Part shown: in pieces, positions 1 to 12,627 of the stretch
How the letters are laid out: every line of letters begins with the position of its first letter
Position numbering within the stretch: position 1 is the first letter of the stretch
Assembly (NCBI RefSeq): GCF_028641065.1
Contig: NC_073386.1
Span: 22,630,001 to 22,694,000 of the forward strand
DNA length: 64,000 nucleotides
Direction of reading: 5' to 3'
Source of the DNA: Leucoraja erinacea
Taxonomy: Eukaryota
Made by a program: the position numbers and the translations under genes
Notes under the pieces: model-generated
The model's input: only the letters and a program-made list of their open reading frames with translations
Told to the model about the DNA's origin: nothing
Database searches by the model: none

Positions 1-19
1 GATAATAACCAAATAACTC

Positions 20-290
20 ACCATCACAAGGGCTATTCTTTACAAAATTCTGGATGTACAACACAAGGTCTTTTAGAATTAATGAATTTTAATGCATTTT
101 AAGCTCAGCAACTTCTCCGGTGATACTGAATTATGTCAATTCCTATTTTAGCCAACCTTTTGATTCTCTAATATTTCTTGCAGTTTTTGTATCTTCTAAT
201 GTATCACGAAACATTAGTTTTAATTCTGCCATTTTCTTATTCTCTATTATAAATTCCCCCTTTTCCATTTTGAATTTGACTGCCAGTCAT
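20..290 (-). mobile_element. Degenerate CR1-type LINE ORF2 fragment
   Basis: Minus strand reads MEKGEFIIENKKMAELKLMFRDTLEDT, followed by a broken ...LHP... segment. This resembles the CR1 ORF2 region (NKEMAE.LN.YF.SVFT.ED), with stops and frameshifts. Confidence 0.55.
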
Positions 291-1196
291 AGAGTCGGAG
301 CTGTAGAAGAATTGGAACACAGAAACATGCCCTTCTGCCTACTTCATCCACGCTGACCATTTTTACCCATCTACATTAATTGCATTTAACCCCTCTAGAT
401 CTGCATCATCTATGTCTTGCCTATTTGAATGCCTCACCTCCTCCAGCTACGAATCCAATTATTAACTACTGTGCAGAAAATATTCTCCTCAACTCGCATC
501 TAAAACCCTCATCATGTTTGGCACACACATCGTGTTCCTAAGCATATTAAAAAATGTTTTTAATAAGTACAGTAACATTTCAATGCAAGTGGGTCTGCAA
601 CCTACTCCCAATTCAAAACCTTCACTGCAGGACCAACTTCATCCCTTTCCTTAACTGCCTTGTAACTTAAAAGAATTATGGTGACTGTTCAACATTCCCA
701 ATTTCACTTTCTTAGATATGGTCAAATACTGCCTGTCTCTTGGAGGACTATGTACATATTGTCTCAAAATTTCCTTGGATGCACTTAAACTACACTCCAT
801 CAAACCCACTTGCAACCAAGGCAATCCCAGGAAAATTAAAATCCCCCACTTCTGCAACTTCATTGTTCTGACACCTTTCCATGATTTATTAATATATCTG
901 TTCCTCTAATTACCGCTAACTATTGGGAGGCTTATTGGTTTCTATGTTCCTGGTCATTCTGTTTGTTTTTATGTTCCTAGTCAATCTGCTCTCACACTTG
1001 ACCTTGGCTTATTTTTTAACCATATTCTTGTTTAGTTACCTAGTTTGCTGAGTTACCAAAACGCTCCCAATTCTAAAGCTTGTTGCTATATCTGGCACGT
1101 TTTCTCTCAATAGTTTCATAGTTTCTGTTTTCACAATGCATAAACAAGATTGAAAATAGCCTATTCCCCTGGTTTCCTCAACACGTTGACTTAGAA

Positions 1197-3135
1197 CAGC
1201 GGTTCTTAGCCTGGGGGCTGTGACCCCCATGGGGGTCATTTGGGGTTTTTCCGAGGGTCATGAAGGGGTTATACATAACATATCAATTTGTTGAGCCCAT
1301 TTTTAGGAACCTAACAAAGGTACATACCACACACAGTATTTTGTTCGCGTATGCGTGTACGTATATGCACACAAACTGTGTGCGTTGAGAACCATGTCTG
1401 CCAAGAAGTGCACGTATAGTGGAGCATTTCTCAAGTTCGGCTTCATAAGCATTGTTCAAAAATCCATGGTCAAGCCACAATGTGTTATCTGTGCCAAGGT
1501 TTTGAGCCACGAGTGCATGAATCCCAGCAAACTGAAGATCCATTTGGAGTCCTGTCACAGCGACCTGGCGGGGAAGGGCGTGGAAAAACAAACAGAAGCC
1601 TCACTCAAGGGTTTCCACATTGATTCGATGGGTCACTGCGCTCGTCAAAATGAAGCAACGCTGGAGGCTTCATACCAGATTGCTTATCGAATCGCACAGA
1701 CTAAGAAGCCTCACACCATTGGTGAAGAGCTTATCAAGCCATGCCTTCTCGAAGCAGCGAAGTTGGTGCTGGGGGAACAGCAGTCAAACAAGTTCAGGCA
1801 GATTTCCCTTTCGAATGACATAGTCAAAAGTCGAATCTCGTATATGAGTAATGATATTCTGCTGCAAGTAGTGAGCGCTGTGAAGAGCAGTCCAGTGTAT
1901 TCACTGCAACTGGACAAGTCAACAGATGTTGCCTCATGTCCCAACTGCTAGTCTACATTCGTTACCTCGACGGAGAAGCCATGTGGGAGGAGCACCTGTT
2001 CTCGGAGCCACCACTCGGGGAGATGTGTTCAGAATGCTGGAAGCCCTCATCAAACATGAGCTTGGCTGGGAACAATTTGTCGGGGTGTTTACAGATGGGG
2101 CACCTTCCATGGTCGGAAACAGATCCGGCCTCAAAGCCTTCGTGAAGGATGTCACTCCCCATGTCTCCTTTACCCACTGCATGATACATCACCATGCTTT
2201 AGCGATGAAGACTCTCACTCCTGGTCTTCCAGAAGTGCTTTCAGATGTGATGAAGATTGTGAACCACATCCGAGGGAGCACAACAAACTCAAGAATCTTC
2301 AGAGCGATGTGTGAAGAAATGGGCGCCGATTTCACTGTTCTGATATTCCACACAGTGGTGCGCTGGCTTTCATGTGGTAAAGTTCTCAATTGTGTGATTC
2401 AACTTCGAGAGGAAATAGCGCTGTTCTTGGAGAGAGGGTGTACCGAGAAGGAGAATCAGCTTCATGAAAAGATGCAGGATGAACAGTTCGTGATGAAGGT
2501 TGCTTACTTGGCTGACTTTTTCGCCGAGGTGAATTCCTTGAACCTGTCACTTCAAGGAAACCTCGCAATGCTGCACACGGCTCGTGACGTTCAGGAGGAA
2601 GTTTCACCTTTACCAGAGAAGGGTCCAGGACGGTGACACGACTATCTTCCCTGAGATTACGACTCTCCTGGATGCTACGCCAGATGCTGAATGCCACTTC
2701 CACGAGGAGATCTCAACCCACCTTCTGGCAATTAATGAAGCCATCGAATGTTACTTCCCCGGACTGGACGACCGTTCTCGTTATGAGTGGATCGTCCAAC
2801 CCTTTTCCGTTGAAGACAGTGCTATCAGCAATACTGACGTGGCGAAGGTTGAATTCATGAAGATGTGCAGCTCAAGAGTGACTTCATGGAACAAGAGCTC
2901 ACCATATTTTCGCTGAAAGTGAAGGACTGTCCTGTTCTTTCGAAGAGGGCTCTGGCCCTATTGGTCCAGTCCCCCTCAACCTATCGCTGTGAGGCTGGAT
3001 TCTCAACCATGATAATTCTGAAAATGAAGGCACACAATAGGCTTGTGATCAAAGCTGCCTTTTGTTTTGGGGGGTCACGGTACTGACCAAGAATGTCTGA
3101 TGGGGTCGTGGGGACAAAAAGGTTAAGAACCACTG
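1197..3135 (+). mobile_element. Full-length hAT (Buster/Charlie-type) DNA transposon, 1939 bp
   Basis: TIRs CAGCGGTTCTTAGCC (1197) and GGTTAAGAACCACTG (ending 3135). Perfect 8-bp TSD ACTTAGAA at 1189-1196 and 3136-3143, with the central TA typical of Buster elements. Confidence 0.93.
1394..3060 (+). pseudogene. Frameshifted Buster/ZBED5-like hAT transposase
   Basis: ATG at 1394 (accATG). Motifs: BED finger CVIC...[44 protein letters not shown] and STYRCEAGFS. They are spread over different frames, with frameshifts near 1940, 2005, 2586 and 2860. Confidence 0.9.
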
Positions 3136-3771
3136 ACTTAGAACACCACCTTGCATACATACTCTTGAATTTGTCCATCAATCAACAGCACGCTGGAAGT
3201 AACTTCAGCAGAAGTACTACAGCTGCTCAGTAATGTGCCTGACCATCACCTACTGAAGAGCAATTAAGAGTGGGAAATATATGCTCCAGACAGGAGATGC
3301 CCATATCCCAAATTTTTTTTTAAATCCAAGTTTTTGTGATTATTTGCAACATCACTCATTTGGATTCACTAATGGTGCCATGCCATAATCATAGCACCAA
3401 ATTCTGCCTTTACGTCTCCTCTGAACATTTACATATATTCTCCAACATTTCAATTATTGCTTAGTCGAATATTGATACTTTTGAATATTGGAGACTCAAT
3501 TTAAATCTTTGAATGAGATTTAAAAGCAAATTTGAGATTCTGAGTGGTCATCAGAAATGTGCTTTCAAATAAAAGATCACAAAACGTGGTGTCTCCAAAG
3601 CAGCGAAATAGAAACATGTTTTTATCTTGATTGAGGTAGCAAGATAATAAGTAGCAAGATAAATAAAGAGCACTTAGACAAATGAGAATCATGTGTTGGA
3701 ATGACTCACCCGAATTGGGATACAGATTTAACCTCAAAACTCGCCAAACAAGGACCGTCCACTTTTGTGGA

Positions 3772-4118
3772 AATTACAAGATACTATGGAATGGAATAGT
3801 TAGGGTAAATGCACAGAGTCTTTTATCCGTAACAGGGAAATTAAGAGCCAGAGGACATTGTTTTAAGGTGAGGAGGTAAGATTTAATAGAAACCTGTGGG
3901 GCATATATTTTGTTTACACAAAGGGTGATGAGTATAAGGGTGATGAGTGTACTATCACAACATAAAAACACATTTATTCAGGTACAGGGATAGGATAGGT
4001 TTAGAAGGATATGGGCCAAATGCAGGCAAGTGGGACTAGTGTAGATGAGGCATGTTAGTCAACGTGGGCAAGTTGGGCCGAAGGGTTTGTTTTCACGCTG
4101 TCTGACTCTTATGACTAT
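3772..4118 (+). mobile_element. CR1 LINE 3' end fragment
   Basis: Reads YKILWNGIVRVNAQSL...RARGHCFKVR, followed by a CR1-type 3' UTR ending gggccgaagggtttgtttt...ctatgactatct. Confidence 0.75.
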
Positions 4119-4339
4119 CTGTAAAACCAAGAATCTTAAAAAAAAAAATCACTTTTTCTACTTCCATTTCGCAAGGCTAGGCGCCAAAATAATCATTACA
4201 GCAGAATTACATTAACCATACAGTATTTAAGATTTTGTACTATTCCTCTAATATCTTGTGCAGATTGCTTCACTGCTTTCATTACTTTGGAATTTTCCAG
4301 TAATTAATATCACAATCATTCACATGGTTCCCTCCTTAC

Positions 4340-4498
4340 CTCATCAGTCAATCTTCTAAAGGCACGACTGTCAGCCAAGCTGACCTCAGGTTGGTGTATC
4401 CGCAAAAGATTAAATTCCCCTTCATTGAGTGAATTGATACTAAGATAATTATTTTCCTCTTGTTGCTGTAGATAGCTTCTGCTCTTGTTTTTCTTTTC
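4340..4498 (-). CDS. CCDC17: CCDC17 coding exon 2 (EKKNK...SRAFRRLTDE)
   Basis: Acceptor cacCAG|GAA, donor GAG|gtaagg; 159 nt, phase 0-0, in frame with exon 1. SRAFRRLTDE resembles human CCDC17 SRSALKRLTEE as I recall it. Confidence 0.7.
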
Positions 4499-4982
4499 CT
4501 GGTGCACAGTATTCATATTGGGAGAGAAAATAATTAAATATTCTTTCTTAGAAATTGTTAAAACACAAGTTGAATAAATGAATGACTATTGGTTTACGAG
4601 CGATCAAATGTCTGGAAAATATATATATTTTTTAAGTCACTCAGCCTTGTAACATACAAAAGGTGATTCAATGAAAAGCTGGGGATTGACCTCTACTACA
4701 GAATCTCAGACAACCAGAGATGGTATTGAATTGCACACTTAGTACAAATGTGCATCTAATGGAAATTGGAATTCAGCAGAAATTCTTTCACCGTATAAAT
4801 TTTGGTGCCCAATTTATTAGAATGGATTTGCAGCAATGTGAGGAAATGTTCTCTCATCAGCAGCATGATCTAGCATACTAATGGTAGGGTAATATTATCC
4901 TGTTCAGAGTTCAGAATCAGCAGAAATGGGATTTAAAAGCAATTTGAGTGAGGTGTGCTCATCGACTATAATACCTTCGAAA

Positions 4983-5228
4983 CAAGGAACTGCAGGTACT
5001 GGTTATTACACAAAAGGACACACATTGCTGGAGCAACTCAGCAGGTCAGGCCTACAGCTTAAATAATGCACCTTCGGACTGATTGTAAGGGTGGAGGGAG
5101 AATTATGGGGGCTCTTTTCTTCCTCCCTACTACCAGTCTGAAGAAAGGCCTCAACCCTCAAGACTTCACCTATCCATGCTCTCAAGAGATGCTGCCTGAC
5201 TTGCTGAGTTACTCCAGCACTTTGCATC
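4983..5228. mobile_element. Penelope-like element termini in inverted arrangement
   Basis: tgctggagcaactcagcaggtcaggc faces gcctgacttgctgagttactccagca; a degenerate ctgaagaa...gacttcac motif is present. Confidence 0.6.
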
Positions 5229-7009
5229 CTTTTAACTATAATACCCTATTCTAGATATGAATATAAGATCTTAAAAAAACAACTAATTTGTTGTCATTTA
5301 CCTTGAGGATTCATTTGTTTATGAAGTGAGGAATAACGATTTGAAGGTCACACATTTAAAACATGCAAATAGCTTTTTACCCTCTCTCATTACATAGATT
5401 CAAAGGAGACTATCACTAAAATGGTCCAGAAAGAGAAAGGTTCAAACAGAGTGGGTGATTGGAAATTGGGCAGAGCAAGGGTAATCAGACAGCATGAGAT
5501 TTGGGAGCGAGGACAGCTGAGAAAGATTCTCTTCTGCATTAATGCAAAGGGGATTTGAAGATTCTTGATAAATCCATTTAATATAATTTTCCCCTTTAGA
5601 TCCTTGTTAAAAATCAACTGTGAGAACACAATTCCTCCCCTTTCCCCCACTCCTGAGATTACAACGCTGCATGCTGAATCCACACAAAAGCCACTAAATT
5701 TACCTCACTATTGGCCTTTCTATAAATATTTCATATTTAGATGTCTTGATGGTTTTCTCACTGACAACACATATACATCCAATGAATGTGACATGAAGCA
5801 TGCAATCCTAGACTGATTACAATGCTTCAGGAATGAGTTTCTATGATTTCCCCCATCCAATTTCAAAATATTAGACCACATCAATTCTAAGCTATAACAA
5901 CTGTTTTATCTTCACCAATAAAAACTTTTTTTTACTATATTAACTGAGGCTGACCGCTGAAATTTCCACGGTATAGCAGAAATAAGATATTTGACGGATG
6001 ATGTCAACAAAAGAGGAGCCAATATTACTAAAGATTTGCAAGTGCATTGCACCAAAGTTCTTTACAGAAATAACATACTTCTAAAGTGTTACTCATGCAG
6101 ATTTCTTTCAGAAAGCTCTTTTGATTATGAGAAAATTGGTTGTAGCAATATTCAGGCATAAGTATCATCCAAGAATCATCTCCTTGCTTCTTTTCAAAAT
6201 AATGCAGCAGGATCTTCACCAAACAAGTCACAAGGACACTTGCAATGCCTCTTTTGAAAGACAAAACCCTCAATTGTAAAATCAATTTAAATGTCTACTT
6301 CTACATCTTTTATAAATGGGACTCAAGTCCATAATTTCCTGATGTGGACTCAGCTGTCAATTTAGTCATAGCTCTCATATTCCAAATATTAACATCAATT
6401 TTAACAAAGTTCGGTGTTGTTTATCTTCTACCTCATTACTGCTTTGATCCCATCTCCCTGCAAATCTAGTTTAAATCCTCCCAGGTGGCATCCAACAGTT
6501 CTGAAAGCTGTAACCTAATATTGAAAATAGCTCCATCATAATCTCAATTCCACTATATTCCATGCTTCATTGAATCACGGATAGCATCTCATCGGTTAGA
6601 ATGGAATGGAATACTTTATTGTCACAAGTGTCTAGGCACAGTGAAATTCTTTGCTGCATACCCAATGTATACAAATACATTGTATTATACAATGTATACA
6701 AATAAAAGAGATGCACGCCATTTGAATTCAACTAATTTATGAACACCATATTGAGGAGAAACAACATCCAATTAATCCATGACACAATTAATCCATGGCA
6801 CACAGTGCAACATGTCCAATAACACAGTGGAAATAAAGGGTTTGGTTATTAAGTGTGAAAAATCAAACAGGATAGAAGGGTTCATGGCACAATAAAAAGA
6901 CATGTTCACAAGTAGAAGTGTGAAAGAAAGGGAAGTTACATAGACTTTCATGGTATGATATATATAGGTTACTGCAAATTGATGTTAATCAAACATTTAA
7001 AACACATGT

Positions 7010-7133
7010 GTAAGAAGGAAATGCAGATGCTGGTTTAAACTGATGATAGACACAAAAAGCTGTAGCAGCGGGACAGGCAGCATCTCTGGAGAGAAGGAAT
7101 GGGTGACGTTTCGGGTCGAGACCCTTCTTCAAA
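7010..7133 (-). mobile_element. Penelope-like terminal repeat with hammerhead-like motif
   Basis: Minus strand reads TTGAAGAagggtctcgacccGAAAcgtcacccattccttctctccagagatgctgcc. Confidence 0.7.
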
Positions 7134-7582
7134 CCACATGACCCACTGTGGATCTCCGAAAATAAGATTATTTCAAGCATTACTTTTAACTTTTCAAGAA
7201 TGTTCTACATTTCACTGTCTGCGAGTAAATTAAAAAACAACCCATCTTTATTGGTGTGGTCCGTTGAAGGAAAATTTAGAGATGACTTTCTGAATGCCTT
7301 GATTAAAAGGGTCAAAACGGCTCGCTTTACATTCCTTATCATGAATATTACCAGGAGCTTCAACCATAAAGAATCTCTCATCCCATGGTACACCAATATA
7401 TGGAGAAAGTAACACCACCGCATGGGAAAGAAACGAGTTTTAAACAAAAATCAATAACAGGCGAATTTTAGACAAATAAAATGAGAGCATGCATGGAGAT
7501 TAAAAAAAGCAAACACTGTAAAATAGTCTGAAAGTGTAAAGTACCTAAAAATGCAAATACAGGAGATATACAGTTGCCTTAC

Positions 7583-7798
7583 CATACGATCTGGAGTGTT
7601 TATTTTTGTTGCTTCATTTATTCTGTTAACTCGAATTCCATGATTTTTAGGCAGGCGGCTTCTTGGGTTTTCTTTTAACAAGGAAGAATCTCCAAAACAA
7701 CTGCCTATACAAAATTTATCCTTATGCTTCTCTAATAGTCCCAAGGACCTAAAGCTCATGCTGCAGTTGTGGCAATGGAAATTCCCGGAATCCACCAT
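7583..7798 (-). CDS. CCDC17: CCDC17 first coding exon with N-terminal C2HC zinc-finger-like motif
   Basis: MVDSGNFHCHNCSMSFRSLGLLEKHKDKFCIG matches the CCDC17 N-terminal pattern C-x2-C-x-M-x-FRS...H-x4-CIG. Donor ATG|gtaagg; 216 nt. It lies downstream of GPBP1L1 on the same strand, as in human. Confidence 0.8.
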
Positions 7799-9569
7799 TC
7801 TGAAGTCCAAAGTCTCCCTCAGTTATTTAATACAAAAGTTTGGAGGGATCCAAACTCGTATACCTGCACGATCAGATACGTTTTCAAACTTTTAACAAAT
7901 AACAGAATATACTACCAATAGTAGCCATTCAAGGGTTTTTCTTGTTCTTTGTAAAATCTAGCACTTCAATGTAATGTTTGATCTACAGACCTGGTCTTAT
8001 CTAGAAATTAATATTTGCATGTAGTTTTTCCTTCTCCCATCAAAACAATTAACTGCAGTAGAATCAGTGTCAATGATTAGCAACAGAAATAGGTACTGCT
8101 TCTAAAATCAAGTTCTGAGGTGTTGTTTTCAATAATTTGCATTCTGTTCCCTTGACAACATCAACAAAAACCCATAACAACCAACAATGTATAAACCTCA
8201 ACCAAAATGCATAGACTACTTATTCAACATAAGTGTTCCAACTCACTACTTACCCACCCACAACCCCACAGTAACAAACCTGATACTCCAGTATTTTGAG
8301 ACATTCAGTTTTACCATTTCTTCAAAAGCATTTCCACTGATAGACTGCATTTCAGAGCAGTGTATTGTTTGGCTTGAACGAGTATTGTTGCTAGGATACT
8401 CTGAGAGCTGGGAGCTTAAACTTGGCAAAGTAATCTTTGCAAGAATGACTGTTGCGATCCTACTGAATTGCCGACGGTATTATCAGATTAACAAGAAAAC
8501 AAAAATGTAATTAAATGAATCACTTTATTACCTCATTTAGAAATACATATTAGTATTTCATAGCATTTATCATAGAAATGGCATTCAAAGCACTTCAGCT
8601 ATTGCTGTACTTATCCCAATAGTTACACAAATTGAGTCTATCATTAGTCTCTTAATACGATATCATGATCTTAGTAAATAAGTTTTGACATCCAGTTATT
8701 AGAAGACAACCTACTTGATTTTAGTTTGACATTCTTCTGAGCTTCTTCAGATATAACAAAGTTACATGTCAATTTTTGCTTTAATGATGCTATGACACTC
8801 AATATGAACTGGGTTTTCATTCCTTGTTCATATCATCATCAAAACTTTTTTTTTTTAATGCAGTTTTGAATACTGGAACATGTAATAACATACTAATGTC
8901 ATTCAAAATGCAGTATCTCAACCATTCTTCACTATTGCTGATGCAATATTCACCATCTACAGGATGAAAAACACCAACTCAGTTCCTTTGACAGTAATCC
9001 TTTCTTAACAAGCATCGTCATTGATGAGAGGATGAAACCATCTACACAGGAAAATGACTTAAATTTTATGAAATCTCACAGAGTTTGACTTGCATAGCTG
9101 TGCCGTTAATAACCTCAAATCTCCCATCTCCAGGAACATGATCGTCACAAGGACTGATTCTCAAAGAGCAACCATATTCTTGGGATGAGCTGCAAATGCT
9201 GTTCTGCCAACATTGACCAAATCCTAAGATGACATAATCAAATAACTATCCACAGATAAAGTAACTATTTTTAAAAATGAAGTTGATATTTTCTAGTTAC
9301 AAAGCATCATTCAATGGATGCGAGCCCCAATAAACAAAACTAGGCCAGTGGAATTTTATCAAAACTACCAACAATTTTAGAACATATGTGCTGAACCCTT
9401 ATGTTTGTCCATGTAATGCATGTTGGCTGAATATCGGCATACGTTTGGTTGAATTTCATTGTGGTAGATATTTAATCTGAAACAAACAATTTAGTTACAC
9501 AGTAACTTAAAGAAAAACCTCAATAAAAGTGTTAAAACACAAACCATTTTGGCAAACTGATGCAAAATA

Positions 9570-9575
9570 TTTATT
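9570..9575 (-). terminator. Putative GPBP1L1 poly(A) signal AATAAA
   Basis: AATAAA about 665 nt after the stop codon, followed on the minus strand by GT/T-rich sequence (ggtttgtgttttaacac). Confidence 0.55.
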
Positions 9576-10239
9576 CCAAGTTATTTTAATGCAGTAGTTT
9601 TTCTCATACAGATATTCATATGTGATAGCCACTTATTTAAATTTGTAAATAATGTTATCAAAATAATCTTAATCTTTGAAATTTCACAAAATTCATATTT
9701 TACAATCCACCCTGAATATCAAGGCTGTTTGAAGAACTTAAAAGCTCCTATCGTGAATATTTTACAACTGTACCAAAGAAATGGATAAACCTCTGGTGAC
9801 AAAGTTTGTTTCATCTTCTCAAAAGGTCACGACATTGAAAAACATATGTAGTTAACATTATTTTTGACAATATCATCAATATTATGAATTTGTCTCTGAT
9901 ACTGCTTGTTCTATCACATTGCTATCCCTACTAATTGTCTGCAAATATTTTTTTCCCCCAAGCTTTTGAAAAAAATACCCATTTTTCCTTGCAAATGATT
10001 ACTCGTTATGTGCTTTGCCCCTTTTCTTCTTTATTGACATTTCATTCTACGAAGCATTCAACAGGACCAGCTGGTCAAAGAAAAAAAGAAAAAAAGCTTG
10101 ACAAGCAAATTCTCTTCTTTGGGATATGATCATCTCCCGTTGTGCATGGAAAAATATAACTCTGTGCCAAAAGAGCTTTAATAAGTTTAGTCCTTCAGCT
10201 ATAAGAAAACATATAACGTGAATTCCATTTGTATCAAGT

Positions 10240-10395
10240 TTAAGCATCATCATCAGAATTGGTACTACTGCTAGTTTCAGAATCTGAATCTTCAGGAAGC
10301 CCTGGACTGAAAGTGCCTCTCCATTGGGCGAAATGTAAAGCTGTACATGGGTTCTTCAACTGAAAACCATTTTTCCTAAAGCCATTTTTCTTCAG
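10240..10395 (-). CDS. GPBP1L1: GPBP1L1 coding exon 10 (last): LKKNGFRKNG...ETSSSTNSDDDA*
   Basis: Acceptor ttctttgcAG|CTG; vasculin-family C-terminus; TAA at 10242-10240. Confidence 0.95.
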   Translation of the reverse strand: MKKNGFRKNGFQLKNPCTALHFAQWRGTFSPGLPEDSDSETSSSTNSDDDA

Positions 10396-11309
10396 CTGCA
10401 AAGAACAATTGAAACATTTTGGATTAGCCATTGCTTTTCTTCACACACAGATGTTTAAGAAAGCACATTCAGTTCTATAAAGTAATCGGAATATGACCTT
10501 AAAATACTTATCCTGTGAAAATTAGTGCAATTGCTTTAAGTTTGCTCCCAGATTTAAAGGAAGTTCAGTCAATCAAACAAACAGCACCACTGAAAGTAGC
10601 AAAAACATTATACCTTCAAAACTACATTGAAGGTAGAAAATGAGGAAAACAAGAGGGTACGAAAGGGGATATTAAAGCAAAGCAGATGCGTGACCCAAGT
10701 CTATTGATAAAACTGTTACAATTGAGATGTTTAAAATAGGCTGTTAGCACACACATCTATCCAAATTATACTGAGGAAATGGAGTTAGTAAATAGAACAG
10801 CTACTCCCATATTCCTTTTCTCTCTTTACTTAGTTTTTAGCAATAAATGAAGGACAACATAAGAACCCATCAGTCATAAAAGTAGGATTTACAATTGGGA
10901 CATCTCAAATTAATCTAACAAGATTCATGATTCTGAATCAGCCATGACCAAAGCTGGGATTGTAACATTAACATAAATATTAATATTTTGTAGGCAAATT
11001 ATTATGGCAGCACTTTAATATGAAGATAATGTTGTTTTTTTAAAGTTCTTAATTGACATTGAACCAAAATAACTTGATGTCAATCTTTCCCATACCTCAA
11101 GTTCTTTCTTCTCAGACATGAATCCCGAATGACATCATATTGAATGGAATGAAATACTAAATTCATGAAAGGAATATCATGATATAATAGAATAGCTTTG
11201 CTTAAAAGGAATAAAGAACCAGATAAGAAGCACTACTGCACTATTGCACTACTAAGGAGAGGTCACTGATCAAAAACATATTCTTATCTACAGATGCTGC
11301 CTGACATAT

Positions 11310-11460
11310 ATCTTTGATTAGTGCGGGTATCAGGGGTCATGGGGAGAAGGCAGAAGAATGGGGTTTGGAGGGAGAGATAGATCAGCCATGATTGAATGAT
11401 GGAGTAGACTTGATGTGCCGAATGGCCTAATTCTGCTCCTATCACTTATGATCTTATGAC
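11310..11460 (+). mobile_element. CR1 LINE 3' UTR fragment
   Basis: gggtatcaggggtcatggggagaaggcag...gccgaatggcctaattctgctcctatcacttatg; near-identical to the copy ending at about 56089. Confidence 0.75.
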
Positions 11461-12627
11461 ACGCAGAATGTTTCCAGCACTGCCTGCTTTTGTAACAGTT
11501 ACCAATACATATTCTGGATCAATATTTAAACACATCCTGGGTTAACTTCAACAAACAGATTATTTATGTAGCGTAGACAAGCGCGGTTTCACAAACCTAG
11601 GGCTTTCCATGAGAGAACAAAAGCTACGAATAATAATAGCAACACAGTAAAGCATATGGAGCATTACACCTAATGAGTGAAATCAGTCCACAAAACAAAG
11701 CATTTAACCCAAATGAAATTATTGGCAAAATGCAATTAAATTATTCTGTCCAATTTTGATGGTCAACTTTTAGATTGTCAAAGGAATGGATTGTACTTTC
11801 ATATTTCAAAGAGATTACGAATTGAAATCATTTATCCTGATAAATGATCAGAAACACAAAAAATATATTCACAGGTTCATAGGCAACAACTCTTGTGCAC
11901 TAATTTTCAAGGAAAAGATAGTCATTTCACAATCCATACAAGCCCAACTATAATACAATTTGCATGCAAGTAAGTTGTATGAGGAATGGAAGATAATTTT
12001 TCATGCCGAAAGTCAAGCACAAAAGTGGGGTGTCACGGTCTTAGCGTTGGCTGATGAATTATTGCTTAAAAATATCCTGGATACATCAGATCACTAGAAC
12101 AGCTGATTCAACAATAATGATATATGTATGGCAGGTGACAAATGGAAATAACTTCCAATTTGATTTGAGTCTGCTTAAATGCTAAAGAGAGAAATTGCAA
12201 TTTGGTGGCCTAACATTTGGTTCTTGCGATGGGGGATAACAAATTAAACTTAATTGCATTTGTACACTTAAAAAATATTTGAAAATAATCTACCTTTCAT
12301 TTTCAAAATATTCACAATCAATTTCAGTGGAATGCACAACACATTCTGCATTAAAAATGTGATGGAAGGACAAACATATAATTTCAATAGCCAAATCTAA
12401 GTAAGTCGCAGGGTCAAAAACAATTTTTAACAGCTTTGCATTCCATGTCCAATTTCTGGAAATAGTTGGAAGAAATCATTTGGCACATGACAAGAATTCA
12501 ACAGAAATGATCTGAAGGGAATTTAACTGAAACAAAAATATGACTTGAAACATTTCCAGATTATAAAATTCATGGGAATAAATTCAATTTTAAGACTCAG
12601 TCATGCAACACAGAACATGTTTGGCAT

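Noticed and set aside
22-290. Further CCDC17 exon ending at the GTGAG donor near position 21
   Set aside because: All frames are interrupted by stops and the sequence resembles CR1 ORF2.
1394-3060. Domesticated ZBED/SCAND3-like host gene
   Set aside because: Multiple frameshifts together with intact TIRs and TSD indicate a decayed transposon copy.
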